Below are positions 19,790 through 29,627 of a DNA stretch of 64,000 nt, piece after piece. Numbering within the stretch: the stretch's first letter is position 1; every line of letters starts with the position of its first letter. The DNA is from an uncultured Acidobacteriaceae bacterium. GTDB lineage: Bacteria; Acidobacteriota; Terriglobia; Terriglobales; Acidobacteriaceae. The notes beneath the pieces were generated by a model. That model saw only the letters and a program-made list of their open reading frames with translations, was not told the DNA's origin and did no database searches. The stretch covers positions 151,818 through 215,817 of the forward strand of contig CAVPNR010000018.1 of NCBI GenBank assembly GCA_963706645.1, written 5' to 3'. Position numbers and translations under genes: made by a program.

Positions 19790-19876
19790 TGGTGCCATCG
19801 AAGGGACTCGAACCCCCACACCCTTGCGAGTACATGGACCTGAACCATGCGCGTCTGCCAATTCCGCCACGATGGC
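19790..19876 (-). tRNA. tRNA-Leu (anticodon CAG), class II, CCA encoded
   Basis: Reverse complement: GCCATCGTGGCGGAATTGGCAGACGCGCATGGTTCAGGTCCATGTACTCGCAAGGGTGTGGGGGTTCGAGTCCCTTCGATGGCACCA. It folds with a 7-bp acceptor, anticodon stem CATGG/CCATG with loop TTCAGGT, a long variable arm, and the T-loop GGTTCGAGTCC. Confidence 0.93.
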
Positions 19877-20054
19877 AAATGAACTTGCTCAGCAGCGGCG
19901 ACCCATCGTCGCCGTGTCAGGAAGACCTACACATCTATTCTACAGACGCAACGCCACCTGTCAAACCAGCGAGCCACGGTTTCCTTCGTGATCCGGAGCC
20001 TGCCCTGAGCGAAGTCGAAGGGTGTCCTTAGTGGTTAATGCTTTTGAAGCCGCC

Positions 20055-20477
20055 CTACTCCAGCTTCGCCGTCATCGTAATCTTCGCGTTCAGCACCTTC
20101 GACACCGGACATCCCTTCTCCGCCGCCTCCGCATACTTCTGAAACGTCTCTGCATCCGCGCCCGGAACCTTCCCCACCACATCAATATGGCTCGCCGTGA
20201 TCGTCCATCCCGAATCCAGCTTGTCGAGCGAAAGCGTGACCGAAGTCGAAATGCTCTCCGGAGTCAGATTCGCCCCGCCCAACTGCGCCGACAGCGCCAT
20301 CGAAAAACATCCCGCATGCGCCGCCGCAATCAGTTCCTCGGGATTCGTCCCCGGAGCGTTCTCAAACCTCGTCGTAAAAGAATACGGAGTATTGTTCAGC
20401 ACCCCACCCGGCGCTGAAATCGACCCCTTCCCGTCCTTCAACCCACCCTTCCAAACCGCACTAGCCTTCCGTTGCAT
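20055..20477 (-). CDS. osmC: OsmC family peroxiredoxin
   Basis: 140 aa. 'AVWKGGLKDGKGSIS', '...AAAHAGCFSMAL...' and '...KGCPVSKVL' carry the two conserved Cys of OsmC. Confidence 0.9.
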   Translation of the reverse strand: MQRKASAVWKGGLKDGKGSISAPGGVLNNTPYSFTTRFENAPGTNPEELIAAAHAGCFSMALSAQLGGANLTPESISTSVTLSLDKLDSGWTITASHIDVVGKVPGADAETFQKYAEAAEKGCPVSKVLNAKITMTAKLE

Positions 20478-20634
20478 GATCGTCTCCTAAGAATGATTTC
20501 TGAAGCACGCCCAATTGTAGTCGGAACCCAGCAGACCTGTCAGGACAGCAGCCCCGGAATGGACTGTCCAAACTATCCCGAAGATGGAGGTGAAGCAGAA
20601 CAGACGACTGAGTACTGAGTACCGAGTACTGTTT

Positions 20635-20817
20635 TCAATAGAAATCCGAGCAGCTCAAATAAAATCCGCACTGCGGACACTTCATCTTGCACCGGCTCTC
20701 CCGCAACTTCGAAGAGCAGTTTGGACAGTATTGCCCTGGATCGGCCGACTTCGCTCCCGCCCCACGTCCGCTCTCACTGGTCATCTGCGTCGCCGTTTGT
20801 TCCTGGCTCATACTCAC
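20635..20817 (-). CDS. Hypothetical small zinc-ribbon protein
   Basis: 60 aa with a C-terminal '[26 protein letters not shown]' (CxxC...CxxC). Confidence 0.45.
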   Translation of the reverse strand: MSMSQEQTATQMTSESGRGAGAKSADPGQYCPNCSSKLRESRCKMKCPQCGFYLSCSDFY

Positions 20818-20880
20818 CGACGGTACCCGCGCTCCCTCTGCTCTGCAAGTGCGGATCTCGATTCCGCGGCCGAATCGCTC

Positions 20881-21324
20881 CTACGCCGCGCGCTCACTCA
20901 CCGCCACCGGACTGCGGCTCCAGCAGTCAGCCACCAGCCGCCACGCTCCCAACCGCCGCCACACTTTCACATACTTCCCGCGTTCCGCCGCCTCGGTGCC
21001 GTCCGCCTTCCGTACCACCACCGAAAAGCGCCCAACTTCCATCGCCATGTCGCCGGAATGCTCCACCCGCGTGGTCTCCATCCGCAAATCGCTGTATCCC
21101 AACTCACCGAGCTGGCGCAGCAATCGTTCGACCGCTTTTTGCCCGTAGGCTCCTTCATGGTGCGGAGCCATCAACTCCCCGTCGCTTACGAACAGCAATG
21201 CCGCCTGATCGTAGTTTCCGGTGTTGAATGACATCGCAAAGTCTTGGGTCAGGTCGCGAAGTTGGGACTCCACATCGCGAATAGGACGAGAATCCCCTGA
21301 GGGACTCGCATAGGGCCGGTACAT
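20881..21324 (-). CDS. SnoaL-like / DUF4440-type (NTF2 fold) protein, tentative
   Basis: 147 aa. The size and the pattern 'FNTGNYDQAALLFVSDGELMAP...GKYVKVWRRLGAWRLVADCW' are typical of NTF2-like proteins. Confidence 0.45.
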   Translation of the reverse strand: MYRPYASPSGDSRPIRDVESQLRDLTQDFAMSFNTGNYDQAALLFVSDGELMAPHHEGAYGQKAVERLLRQLGELGYSDLRMETTRVEHSGDMAMEVGRFSVVVRKADGTEAAERGKYVKVWRRLGAWRLVADCWSRSPVAVSERAA

Positions 21325-21485
21325 CTACTACCTCCTGGGGGAAGGCACGCGGCTGAGTTCGCTTCGACACAAGCAGACTCAACCGGAAAGGCCCGCTCAT
21401 TCTAGCGCAAAAAGGACTTGTGGAAAGAGAAAACTTTTCCACCTCCCGCATTTAAATTTTGGATGAAGGAAAATCGTTACGGCAG

Positions 21486-21698
21486 TTATCTGTCAAATGG
21501 AGCCGAACGGCTGGGCAGCCGCAATATCCCCGACTCCGTGCGCAACGTTCCCCCGCTGCGCCCGGGTTGGTCACGGTCCGCAATCTGGCGCTTCACGCGC
21601 TCCATCAGCACAACAAGTTTTTTGGACTCTTGGTCTCTCTCTGCCTGCTTGCACATCTTTTGGAAGTCCTGCGGTGCGTAGCTAACACGATTGGTCAT
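21486..21698 (-). CDS. Hypothetical protein
   Basis: The ATG at 21698 (MTNRVSYAPQDFQKMCKQAERDQESKKLVVLMERVKRQIADR...) is preceded by GAGGA. The C-terminal third may be read-through. Confidence 0.3.
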   Translation of the reverse strand: MTNRVSYAPQDFQKMCKQAERDQESKKLVVLMERVKRQIADRDQPGRSGGTLRTESGILRLPSRSAPFDR

Positions 21699-21995
21699 GG
21701 GGGATATCCTCGTCTGAGGAGAAGGCATAGCCTACAGGATCGGCCCGGCCTTGCCAAGTCCGATCCAGGCATTAACGCCTTGGTAAAGTTGTTTCTCCAG
21801 GAGCTACCTATTTGGATAACAGATTCCGCACGCCAGGTTGCTCCCGACCGCGCCTTCGTCTTATAACGCATTCCATGGCTCCCTCCGTCCCCATCCTCTT
21901 CTTCCTTGAGGCACATGACCTTAGTTACGTTGAGCCGATGACCTTTTTCCCTGAAAATTAAAGCAAGGCCGATTCCGCCTTGCGGGAGAAAGCGT

Positions 21996-22466
21996 GTGCT
22001 TCACCGAAGAGCCCTAAGCTTCTGTCTATTTCTCGCCGTCAGCGTCTCGCTGGCAGCCGCGCGCGATCTCGCGCTGGTTTCCAACAAGGCTAACTCATTA
22101 TCCGCCATTGCGATACCCGACCTCATCAAGGTTTGCAAGGGACAGACGAATCGCTGGCCCGATGGCAAGCCGGTTACTTTCATTATGCGCAATCCCTCCG
22201 CGCCGGAAATGAAGTTCTTTCTCGAAAAGATTTATGAACTCCCGGAATCGCAGGTCAAGGAACTCATTGTCTCCGCTAACCATGGACGCATGGGGCATCC
22301 CGCAGTCATGATCGTTGATTCCGATGAGGATCTGGTCAATAAGGTCGCGTCCATCCCCGGCGCCGTTGGCGTCGTGGACGTCTACGCCATCAACAGCAGC
22401 GTCGCGGTCGTCAAGGTCGCCGGCAAACTGCCGCTCGAACCTGGCTACATGCTGCACGGCAATTAA
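21996..22466 (+). CDS. Small periplasmic PBP-like (PstS-type fold) protein
   Basis: 156 aa with a signal peptide. 'LALVSNKANSLSAIAIPDLIKVCKGQTNRWPDGKPVTFIMRNP...IPGAVGVVDV' resembles short substrate-binding-domain proteins. Confidence 0.5.
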   Translation: MLHRRALSFCLFLAVSVSLAAARDLALVSNKANSLSAIAIPDLIKVCKGQTNRWPDGKPVTFIMRNPSAPEMKFFLEKIYELPESQVKELIVSANHGRMGHPAVMIVDSDEDLVNKVASIPGAVGVVDVYAINSSVAVVKVAGKLPLEPGYMLHGN

Positions 22467-22580
22467 CCCGCTCCGCGGCTGACCATCGCCGCCGGTCCGC
22501 AAGACTGAAGTGTTGCAAGAGTGAAGCGTTGCAAGACTGTAGCATCAGATGACTGAAGGCTTGTGTAACTCGAGGCCTGT

Positions 22581-22997
22581 ATGAGTAAAGAAGAAAAAGC
22601 CAAAGCCGCCGCTGCTGCCGCTGATACTGGAAGCGGCACGCGCATTCCCGCCAATGCGCCCGCCGGCAAGGTCGCCTTTACTCGCCGCTTCCCTCGCTTC
22701 ACCATCGACGTGCGCCTGCAGGTCAAAATGTTTCAAGCCGGAGAGTTCCGCACTTGCTGGGGACGCTCCACGGAAATGGGTCAGGACGGCATTGGCGCCA
22801 CCCTCACCGGCAGCCTCGAAACCGGCGAGATCGTCACTCTGGAAATTCCCCTGCCCCTCACTCCTTATCCCATCAAAGTCCGCGCCATCGTGCGCTATCG
22901 CCAGGGCCTCCGCTACGGATTCGAATTCCTCACCCTTAACGACGGCCAGCGCGACACCATCGTTCGCGTCTGCCAGTACCTCGCCACCAAAGCCTAA
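22581..22997 (+). CDS. PilZ domain protein
   Basis: 'RRFPRFTIDVRLQV' (RxxxR block) and 'STEMGQDGIGATL' (D/NxSxxG-like), followed by a beta-barrel-like remainder. Confidence 0.7.
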   Translation: MSKEEKAKAAAAAADTGSGTRIPANAPAGKVAFTRRFPRFTIDVRLQVKMFQAGEFRTCWGRSTEMGQDGIGATLTGSLETGEIVTLEIPLPLTPYPIKVRAIVRYRQGLRYGFEFLTLNDGQRDTIVRVCQYLATKA

Positions 22998-23013
22998 GTT
23001 CCCAGTTCTAACT

Positions 23014-23889
23014 TCACTCCGGAATCGTGAAATCCCAAACTCTGCCAGAGGCCGATCCCCCCGACCGATTCCCTCCGTGTGCTCCGGCCATCGTATTGCT
23101 CTGGCCCGTGCCCATGAAGAATGCGTATTCCCCCGGCTTCAAGGCTTCGTCTAAGGTGATTTTGTAGACCCTGATCCCCATGTGGTCGGCATGGAACGGG
23201 ACTTCTTTCTCTTTTTGCACGCCCGATTTGCCCCCCGTGATGCCTCCGAAAGACCCGATCTGGAATTCCCGGTGATCGCTCTTCTTGTTTAGCTTGATCA
23301 GCTGGTAGTCGGACGAGTCGTCTCCATCGGGAACATACAAGTAGAAAATCGGCTGGCGGTCCCGCACCACGTTCTTCGACGTGTTCCCTTCGATGGTCGC
23401 ATCCCAGTGCTGATTCCTCAGCCCGTTCGTGAAAAAACTGCCAGCCTTGCCGCCCGTCTTCGTGTTCGTCACCGCCTGGCCCAGAACCAGCACAAACTTG
23501 CCTTGGTCCCGCCAGTACACGCCCACCTCCGGCGGAGGCAGATTCGGATCGACCGAGATCGGACTCGTACCCGCTACCACAGTTGCTGGCGGAGGCGCTG
23601 GGTTGATCATGACTTTGATGACCGAATCGGGAACGTTTGCCGCCTTGAGTGCCTTCAATCCTTCGATGCCCGTGTCGAAGCTGACTGCATCGGTTCCACC
23701 CTCGTACGCCTGGCGAATCTTTGTGATGATCACGTCGTCAGACAGGCCCATCTTTGCCATCTCGATGACGTCCTGGTTGGTGAACCGCTTACGCAACGTC
23801 GTGCCTGCCTGATCCTGTGCAACCCCCGCTGCAAGTAACAAAAACAGCACAGCGAACAGACTGGCCGTCGCACTCCGACGGGTTCTCAT
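23014..23889 (-). CDS. Hypothetical secreted protein
   Basis: 291-aa ORF with a signal peptide (ATASLFAVLFLLLAAGVAQ). No recognisable domain. Confidence 0.55.
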   Translation of the reverse strand: MRTRRSATASLFAVLFLLLAAGVAQDQAGTTLRKRFTNQDVIEMAKMGLSDDVIITKIRQAYEGGTDAVSFDTGIEGLKALKAANVPDSVIKVMINPAPPPATVVAGTSPISVDPNLPPPEVGVYWRDQGKFVLVLGQAVTNTKTGGKAGSFFTNGLRNQHWDATIEGNTSKNVVRDRQPIFYLYVPDGDDSSDYQLIKLNKKSDHREFQIGSFGGITGGKSGVQKEKEVPFHADHMGIRVYKITLDEALKPGEYAFFMGTGQSNTMAGAHGGNRSGGSASGRVWDFTIPE

Positions 23890-23977
23890 CCCTGATCACC
23901 TTCCACGATTAGGTTTTGCCCGGCTGCCCAGGCGCGGAGCGGCAGGGATTATATCCCACCTCTCTCGGCGTACCGCC

Positions 23978-24436
23978 TCACTTCTTGCCGGTGCTGCGAA
24001 TCTTGTAAATCAGGTATGCCACGATCGCGACATTCACGATCAGCGCCCCCACTCTCACCCCAGTCGGATGCCGGTAAATCTCATACATCTCCACCGGAAC
24101 CAAACTGCCGGTGATAATCACCGTCAGCCACTCCCCCCACCGCTTCTGCAGCCACAACCCCGTCCCCTCGGCAAGGAACAGCCCTGCATACAAGAAGCCG
24201 ACCAGTCCCAGTTTCTTGATCTGGTCCGGACGCAGATTCGATACCTTCGCCAGAAACATGACTACATACCGGCTCCCAGGGTCGAACCGCAAGGCTTCCA
24301 TCCAATGTTCGGCTAACCCGCCCACATCTTTGTGCATTAATTTGAACGCGCCCACACCGAGCGCAATCAACGCCGCGGACTTCAGAAACTTGAAGACCGC
24401 GATCATTCGCAGGATCCTGTCGTTCGATGATTTCAT
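23978..24436 (-). CDS. DUF2127-type membrane protein
   Basis: 152 aa with 4 TM segments. 'RMIAVFKFLKSAALIALGVGAFKL' and 'GLWLQKRWGEWL' are typical of that family. Confidence 0.6.
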   Translation of the reverse strand: MKSSNDRILRMIAVFKFLKSAALIALGVGAFKLMHKDVGGLAEHWMEALRFDPGSRYVVMFLAKVSNLRPDQIKKLGLVGFLYAGLFLAEGTGLWLQKRWGEWLTVIITGSLVPVEMYEIYRHPTGVRVGALIVNVAIVAYLIYKIRSTGKK

Positions 24437-24453
24437 TCGACTCTAACCCGGGT

Positions 24454-24491
24454 GCCCCATTTCTCGCACGTCCTTTGCGCGAGAAGTGGGG
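24454..24491. repeat. REP-like palindrome, family B
   Basis: gccccatttctcgcacgtcctttgcgcgagaagtgggg. Confidence 0.8.
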
Positions 24492-24552
24492 ACTTTGACC
24501 TCAAAACCAACTCCGGCCTCGCCGCATCCCACCGTAGAATACCTGTGACCGC

Positions 24553-27069
24553 ATGCGTGTCCTGCTCCTCACCCTCGTTCTCGTGTCTGCCGCCGCGGCC
24601 CAGTCGAACCTCGCTCCGGCCGCCATCATCGTCACCGACGAAAATGGCGTCGTCGTCCCTTCCGCTCGCGTTTCACTGCAAGCGCCGCCTTCGCCTGCCG
24701 TCCGCTGCGAGACCGATCTCACCGGACGCTGCCAGTTCCCTTCCCTCGCCGCAGGAGAATACCAACTCCGCGTCGAAAAACAAGGCTTCTATGCTCTCGA
24801 TCAACCCAGCGTTCAAATCAGGCCCGGCTCGACCGTCGATGTTTCCATCTCACACCAGCAGGAAGTCCACGAGGTCGTCGATGTCCACGAATCTCCTCCC
24901 GCCATCGATCCCACGCAAGTCGTCGCGCAGGAATCTGTCAGCGGACTCGACGTCATCAACATCGTCTATCCCGGCACCCACGACTATCGCAATGCCCTGA
25001 ACTTTATTCCCGGTGTCATTCAGGACCAGGCTGGCCAACCCCACGTTGCCGGAGCTCAGACCTACCAGACCGTCACCCTGCTCGACGGCTTCAACGTCAC
25101 CCAACCTGCGACCGGACAACTCGACGTCCGCGTCAGCACCGATGCCTTTCGCTCTATACAGGTCCAGCCCTCCCGCGAACCCGCTGAAGACGGCAAAGGT
25201 TCAGGCGGCATGCTCAAGCTCAACACCGGTATCGGCGATGATCACTTCCGCTTCTTTGCCACCAACTTTATTCCTTCCATCCAAGACAAACACGGATGGC
25301 GCTTCGACCAGTTCCTTCCCCGCTTCACTTTCTCCGGCCCCATCGAAAAGGGAAGAATCTGGTTCTACAACGCACTCGAAGGCGATTACGCCAATACCGT
25401 TTACACCGCACTCCCCATCGGCGCCGACAACGATCACACCATCCGTGTCGGCGATCTCACCAAACTCCAGTCCAACCTCACCAGCCGCAACATCTTTACC
25501 GCCAGCTTTCTTCTGAACCATCTGCATGACCAGTACGCTTTCCTGTCTCCGCAGATGCCTCAACTGACGAATCCCGAAGATGTCGAATCCGCATACTTTG
25601 GCAGCCTCAAAGACCAGCATTATTTCGCCGGAGGTCAACTCCTCGAAACCGGATTCGCCTATGCCGAATATGACGCGCAACTCACTCCCTACGGATCCCT
25701 TCCTTACTTCATCAATCCCAACACCGCCGGCGGCAACTTCTACTTCGCCAACCAGACCAACGCCAGCCGCTGGCAAATTCTCTCCAACCTCTACCTCCCC
25801 TCGCATCAATGGCACGGCCGTCATGATTTCAAGGTTGGCATGGATCTCGACCGGATTTTTTATAACGCCACTTTCGAGCGTCAACCCATTTCATTCCTGA
25901 GCGCTAACAACACACAGCCCTCAACTTCACCCGACCTCTGCCTCACCGCGCCCCAGGACGCCAGCTTTCCCTGCACCCGCTACTCCACCTTCGGCCCCGC
26001 GCCCTTGTACGAGCAATACAACACCGAACTCAGTCTCTACGCGGAAGATCGTTGGAGCATCACCAACCGCCTGCTCCTCGAACCCGGCATCCGCTTCGAC
26101 CGCGATGCGATCGTCCGCAAACTCACGTTCTCTCCCCGCCTCGCCGGTACCTACGTACTCGACAACTCCGGCAACACCAAGCTCTCCGCCGGCATCGGCC
26201 TCGTCTACGACGGCACCCCTATCTATCTCATCGCCCGTCCCTACGCGGGCACGCGGCAAGACACCTTCTACTCCGTCGATCCCAACTGCACCGCGCCCAC
26301 CGGATGCGTCAGCACCACCGGTCCCGTCCTCACCACCTTCACCGTCAACAACACCACGCTCCAGGTCCCTCGCTTCCTCAACTGGAGCATCGGCCTCGAA
26401 AAAAAACTCCCCTATGCCATCTACATGAAGGCCGAGTTCCAGCAGCGCCGCGGCAATCACGGCTTCGTCTACGACACTCTCAACAACACCGCCGGCGGCA
26501 ACTTCATCCTCCAGAACACCCGCAATGACCGCTACGACGCCTTCCAAATCTCCCTCCGCCACAACTTCCGCGAAAGCTATATGCTAATGGGCTCCTATAT
26601 CCGCTCCAGCTCGCGCTCCAATCAAGTCCTCGACTTCAACGTCGACAACCCCATCTTCAGCCCCCAGGAACCCGGCCCTTATCCTTGGGACGCTCCCAAC
26701 CGCTTCCTCTCCTGGGGATATCTCCCGTTCTTCAATCTTCCCATCATTCACCAACTCGAAATCGCCTACTCCCTCGAAGCCCGCACCGGATTCCCCTTCA
26801 GCCTCTTCAATAACCAGCAGGAACTCATCAGCGCACCCGGCGCCGAGCGTTTCCCCTCTTACGTCTCTCTCAATCTGCAACCCGAAAAACGCTTCCACCT
26901 TTTCGGCTACTACCTCGCGATCCGCGGCGGCTTCGACAACATCACCGGACGCTGCAATCCCTATGTCGTCAACAGCACCATCGATCCCATCTCTCATCCC
27001 ACGCCCACCTTCACCGCCTGCCAGGGCCGCGCCTTCACCTCCAGAATCCGCCTTCTAGGCCGCAAATAG
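24553..27069 (+). CDS. TonB-dependent-receptor-like outer membrane protein with N-terminal carboxypeptidase-regulatory-like domain
   Basis: 838 aa with a signal peptide. N-terminal 'VTDENGVVVPSARVSL...TDLTGRCQFPSLAAGEYQLRVEKQGF' (CarboxypepD_reg-like), then a long beta-rich barrel. Confidence 0.75.
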   Translation: MRVLLLTLVLVSAAAAQSNLAPAAIIVTDENGVVVPSARVSLQAPPSPAVRCETDLTGRCQFPSLAAGEYQLRVEKQGFYALDQPSVQIRPGSTVDVSISHQQEVHEVVDVHESPPAIDPTQVVAQESVSGLDVINIVYPGTHDYRNALNFIPGVIQDQAGQPHVAGAQTYQTVTLLDGFNVTQPATGQLDVRVSTDAFRSIQVQPSREPAEDGKGSGGMLKLNTGIGDDHFRFFATNFIPSIQDKHGWRFDQFLPRFTFSGPIEKGRIWFYNALEGDYANTVYTALPIGADNDHTIRVGDLTKLQSNLTSRNIFTASFLLNHLHDQYAFLSPQMPQLTNPEDVESAYFGSLKDQHYFAGGQLLETGFAYAEYDAQLTPYGSLPYFINPNTAGGNFYFANQTNASRWQILSNLYLPSHQWHGRHDFKVGMDLDRIFYNATFERQPISFLSANNTQPSTSPDLCLTAPQDASFPCTRYSTFGPAPLYEQYNTELSLYAEDRWSITNRLLLEPGIRFDRDAIVRKLTFSPRLAGTYVLDNSGNTKLSAGIGLVYDGTPIYLIARPYAGTRQDTFYSVDPNCTAPTGCVSTTGPVLTTFTVNNTTLQVPRFLNWSIGLEKKLPYAIYMKAEFQQRRGNHGFVYDTLNNTAGGNFILQNTRNDRYDAFQISLRHNFRESYMLMGSYIRSSSRSNQVLDFNVDNPIFSPQEPGPYPWDAPNRFLSWGYLPFFNLPIIHQLEIAYSLEARTGFPFSLFNNQQELISAPGAERFPSYVSLNLQPEKRFHLFGYYLAIRGGFDNITGRCNPYVVNSTIDPISHPTPTFTACQGRAFTSRIRLLGRK

Positions 27070-27370
27070 CCCCCTTGTTTAGCATCAAAATAGTTTGTCA
27101 TCCTGAGGCGGGCGCCTTTGGCCCGCCGAAGGACCTTTGCAACTTGCATAAAGCCCCCGATCCCTTCAATCGCCGAGCTTTTGCGCGGAACCACCCGAAT
27201 TTGTCGTGCTGAGCGAAGCGGTGAGGAGCGCGAAGCGATCCTCGCCGCGCAGTCGAAGCATCCCTACCCTCCTCTGCCTCCCATCGCGAAGCGATATAAT
27301 CATCCCACGCAAACTTGCATCGAAAATCCGCTTCCCGTCATCTCAAAAGCCTGGAGGATAATAGACAATC

Positions 27371-28018
27371 ATGGCTCACGAATTACCTGCACTCCCCTAC
27401 GCATACGACGCCCTCGAACCGGTCATCGACAAGCAGACGATGACCCTGCATCACGACATGCACCACGGCGCCTATGTGAAGAATCTGAACGCCGCCATCG
27501 AGAAGCATCCTGACCTCGCCGGCAAGACCGCCGAGGATCTCATCCGCGACCTCAACGCCATTCCCGAGGACATCCGCGCCGCCGTCCGCAACAATGGCGG
27601 AGGCCACGTCAACCACACCATGTTCTGGAAGATCATGAAGCCCAAGGGCGGCGGCGATCCCTCCGGCCCCATCGCCGACGTGATCAACAAGACCTTCGGC
27701 AACTTCAAAGATTTCCAAACCAAATTCAACGACGCCGGCGTCAAGCAATTCGGCAGCGGATGGGTCTGGCTCGCCGGCAAGTCCACCGGCGAAGTGCAAA
27801 TCATCAGCACCCCCAATCAGGACAACCCCATCTCCCAAGGCCTCTACCCCATCTTCGGCAACGACGTCTGGGAGCACGCCTACTACCTCAAATACAACAA
27901 TCGCCGTCCCGAATATCTCTCCGCCTGGTGGAACGTCATCAACTGGGACGAAATCAACAAACGCTATGCCACCTTCAAATCCGGCAAGTCCGTCCAAGAG
28001 CCGGCCATGGCCCGCTAG
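27371..28018 (+). CDS. Fe/Mn superoxide dismutase
   Basis: '[13 protein letters not shown]...HHDMHH' and '[18 protein letters not shown]' are the canonical motifs. Metal specificity was not determined. Confidence 0.95.
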   Translation: MAHELPALPYAYDALEPVIDKQTMTLHHDMHHGAYVKNLNAAIEKHPDLAGKTAEDLIRDLNAIPEDIRAAVRNNGGGHVNHTMFWKIMKPKGGGDPSGPIADVINKTFGNFKDFQTKFNDAGVKQFGSGWVWLAGKSTGEVQIISTPNQDNPISQGLYPIFGNDVWEHAYYLKYNNRRPEYLSAWWNVINWDEINKRYATFKSGKSVQEPAMAR

Positions 28019-28028
28019 AGGAAAGTGG

Positions 28029-28082
28029 AATGTGGGGACGGCCGCCTTCGGCCGTCCCGCCGAGCGCAGCGAGGCGAGTGCG
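28029..28082 (+). repeat. REP-like element, family A
   Basis: aatgtggggacggccgccttcggccgtcccgccgagcgcagcgaggcgagtgcg. Confidence 0.8.
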
Positions 28083-28171
28083 TTAGGCCTCCGCGTCACG
28101 TTAGCGAAAAAGGCCTTCGCGCACCATGCACGAAGGCCTTTGCACTTCCACTTCTTAGTGACGGAGATGCC

Positions 28172-28330
28172 CTACGCGGCAGACGCCGACCGCGCGTACT
28201 GTTCCGGCTGCTTCTCGAACTTCGTCTTGCAGTCCTGCGAGCAGAAACTGTACTTCTTCCCGCCATACTGTGTGTGGTATTGAGCATTATTCTCGTCAAC
28301 GTTCATTCCGCAAACCGGGTCTTTTGTCAT
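28172..28330 (-). CDS. YHS-domain protein (52 aa, below the ORF-track cutoff)
   Basis: Own translation: MTKDPVCGMNVDENNAQYHTQYGGKKYSFCSQDCKTKFEKQPEQYARSASAA*. 'DPVCGM...Y.G..Y.FCS..C...F' is the YHS/TRASH signature. It replaces the out-of-frame track ORF 28096..28299. Confidence 0.75.
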   Translation of the reverse strand: MTKDPVCGMNVDENNAQYHTQYGGKKYSFCSQDCKTKFEKQPEQYARSASAA

Positions 28331-28530
28331 CGTTCACATCTCCCATATGAATTTTTTCTTCCACATACGATTGTCGCCAAATCCGCCCCAACTTCCGCTC
28401 GGGTAGTTCCTGTAGTCGCTTCGGTCCCCACCTTCCGCCTGTCTCCGTGTCCTCTGAGTCGTCTGTGGTTAAGTTTGTTGCCTAACTGTGGAACCGTGCT
28501 CCCCCATCCTCCGTACCATCCCTAAGACAC

Positions 28531-29451
28531 ATGCCCGCTTCCCGCCGCGCCCGTTACGGACTCATCCTCCTGACTCTCTACCTAGCCCTTTGCATAATCG
28601 GGGGCGTTTACCTCGCCGATGGCACACTCCACCCCGCCCGCCGCCCGCTGACGCAAGAAGAGATCACCACAGTCCGCAACGACGCCCGCAGCCTCAACGC
28701 CGACCTCGCCGACGCCACGATCACAACGTCCGACAACGTAACCCTCCGCGCCTGGATGATTCTTCCGCACAACCCTAACGGCGACGCCGTCCTCCTCCTG
28801 CACGGCCTCGGCGACAACCGTCTCGGCATGACCGGATACGCACAACTCCTCCTCGCTCACGGATTCACCGTCCTCCTCCCCGACGCCCGCGCTCACGGCA
28901 CCAGCGACGGCCCGCTAGCTACGTACGGACTCCTGGAGCGCAACGACATCCACGCATGGATCGATTTTCTGCAAACGCATGAGCATCCCCGCTGCATCTT
29001 CGCCCTTGGCGAATCCATGGGGGCCGCGCAACTCCTCCAGTCGCTCGACACTCACCCACACCTCTGCGCCGTAATCGCCGAATCTTCCTTCTCCAATTTT
29101 CGTGAGATCGCTTACGACCGCATGGGACAGCCCTTCCACCTCGGTCCCTGGGTCGGACGCACAATCCTCCGACCGCTGGTGGAAGTAGCCTTCCTCCGCG
29201 CGCGCCTGAAATATCACCTAAGAATGGAAGACATTTCGCCGGAGGATTCACTGGCCACCACAAAGATGCCGGTGCTCCTGATCCATGGAGCCGAAGACAG
29301 CAACATCCCCGTCCGCCACTCGCAACAAATTCACGCCCACGCCCCAAACACAATCCTGTGGGAAGTCCCCGAAGCCGATCATTGCGGCGCCCTAAGCACG
29401 AGCCCCCAAGAATTCGAGCGGCGCTTGCTGGCATGGTTCAAAAACACGTAG
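28531..29451 (+). CDS. Alpha/beta hydrolase (membrane-anchored)
   Basis: 306 aa with an N-terminal TM segment, 'LLLHGLGDN', the nucleophile elbow 'GESMGA', and late 'HGAEDSNIP' and 'ADHCG' (a candidate Ser-Asp-His triad). Confidence 0.8.
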   Translation: MPASRRARYGLILLTLYLALCIIGGVYLADGTLHPARRPLTQEEITTVRNDARSLNADLADATITTSDNVTLRAWMILPHNPNGDAVLLLHGLGDNRLGMTGYAQLLLAHGFTVLLPDARAHGTSDGPLATYGLLERNDIHAWIDFLQTHEHPRCIFALGESMGAAQLLQSLDTHPHLCAVIAESSFSNFREIAYDRMGQPFHLGPWVGRTILRPLVEVAFLRARLKYHLRMEDISPEDSLATTKMPVLLIHGAEDSNIPVRHSQQIHAHAPNTILWEVPEADHCGALSTSPQEFERRLLAWFKNT

Positions 29452-29473
29452 CCCCGGACGCATTCGTCCGGGG
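29442..29473 (+). repeat. 32-nt hairpin repeat (copy 1) containing the hydrolase stop codon
   Basis: aaacacgtagccccggacgcattcgtccgggg has a 9-bp stem and is identical to 31791..31822. Confidence 0.9.
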
Positions 29474-29627
29474 CCGACAAGGTAGCGCCGGCGTCCCGCC
29501 GGCTGTCGCAGGCATCCTGCCCACGCACCAGATATCCACATACTCAGGTGAGTTTGAAGACGAACACGGACCTCGTCCAATCAGCAATCAACAATCCGCA
29601 ATTGCCTCCCTCTGTGTCCTCTGTGGT

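Noticed and set aside
28096-28299. 67-aa track ORF (MTRIMLNTTHSMAGRSTVSARRTARRSS...)
   Set aside because: It is out of frame with the 52-aa YHS-domain ORF on the same strand (28172..28330), which has a clear family signature. The 67-aa product is Arg/Ser low-complexity.
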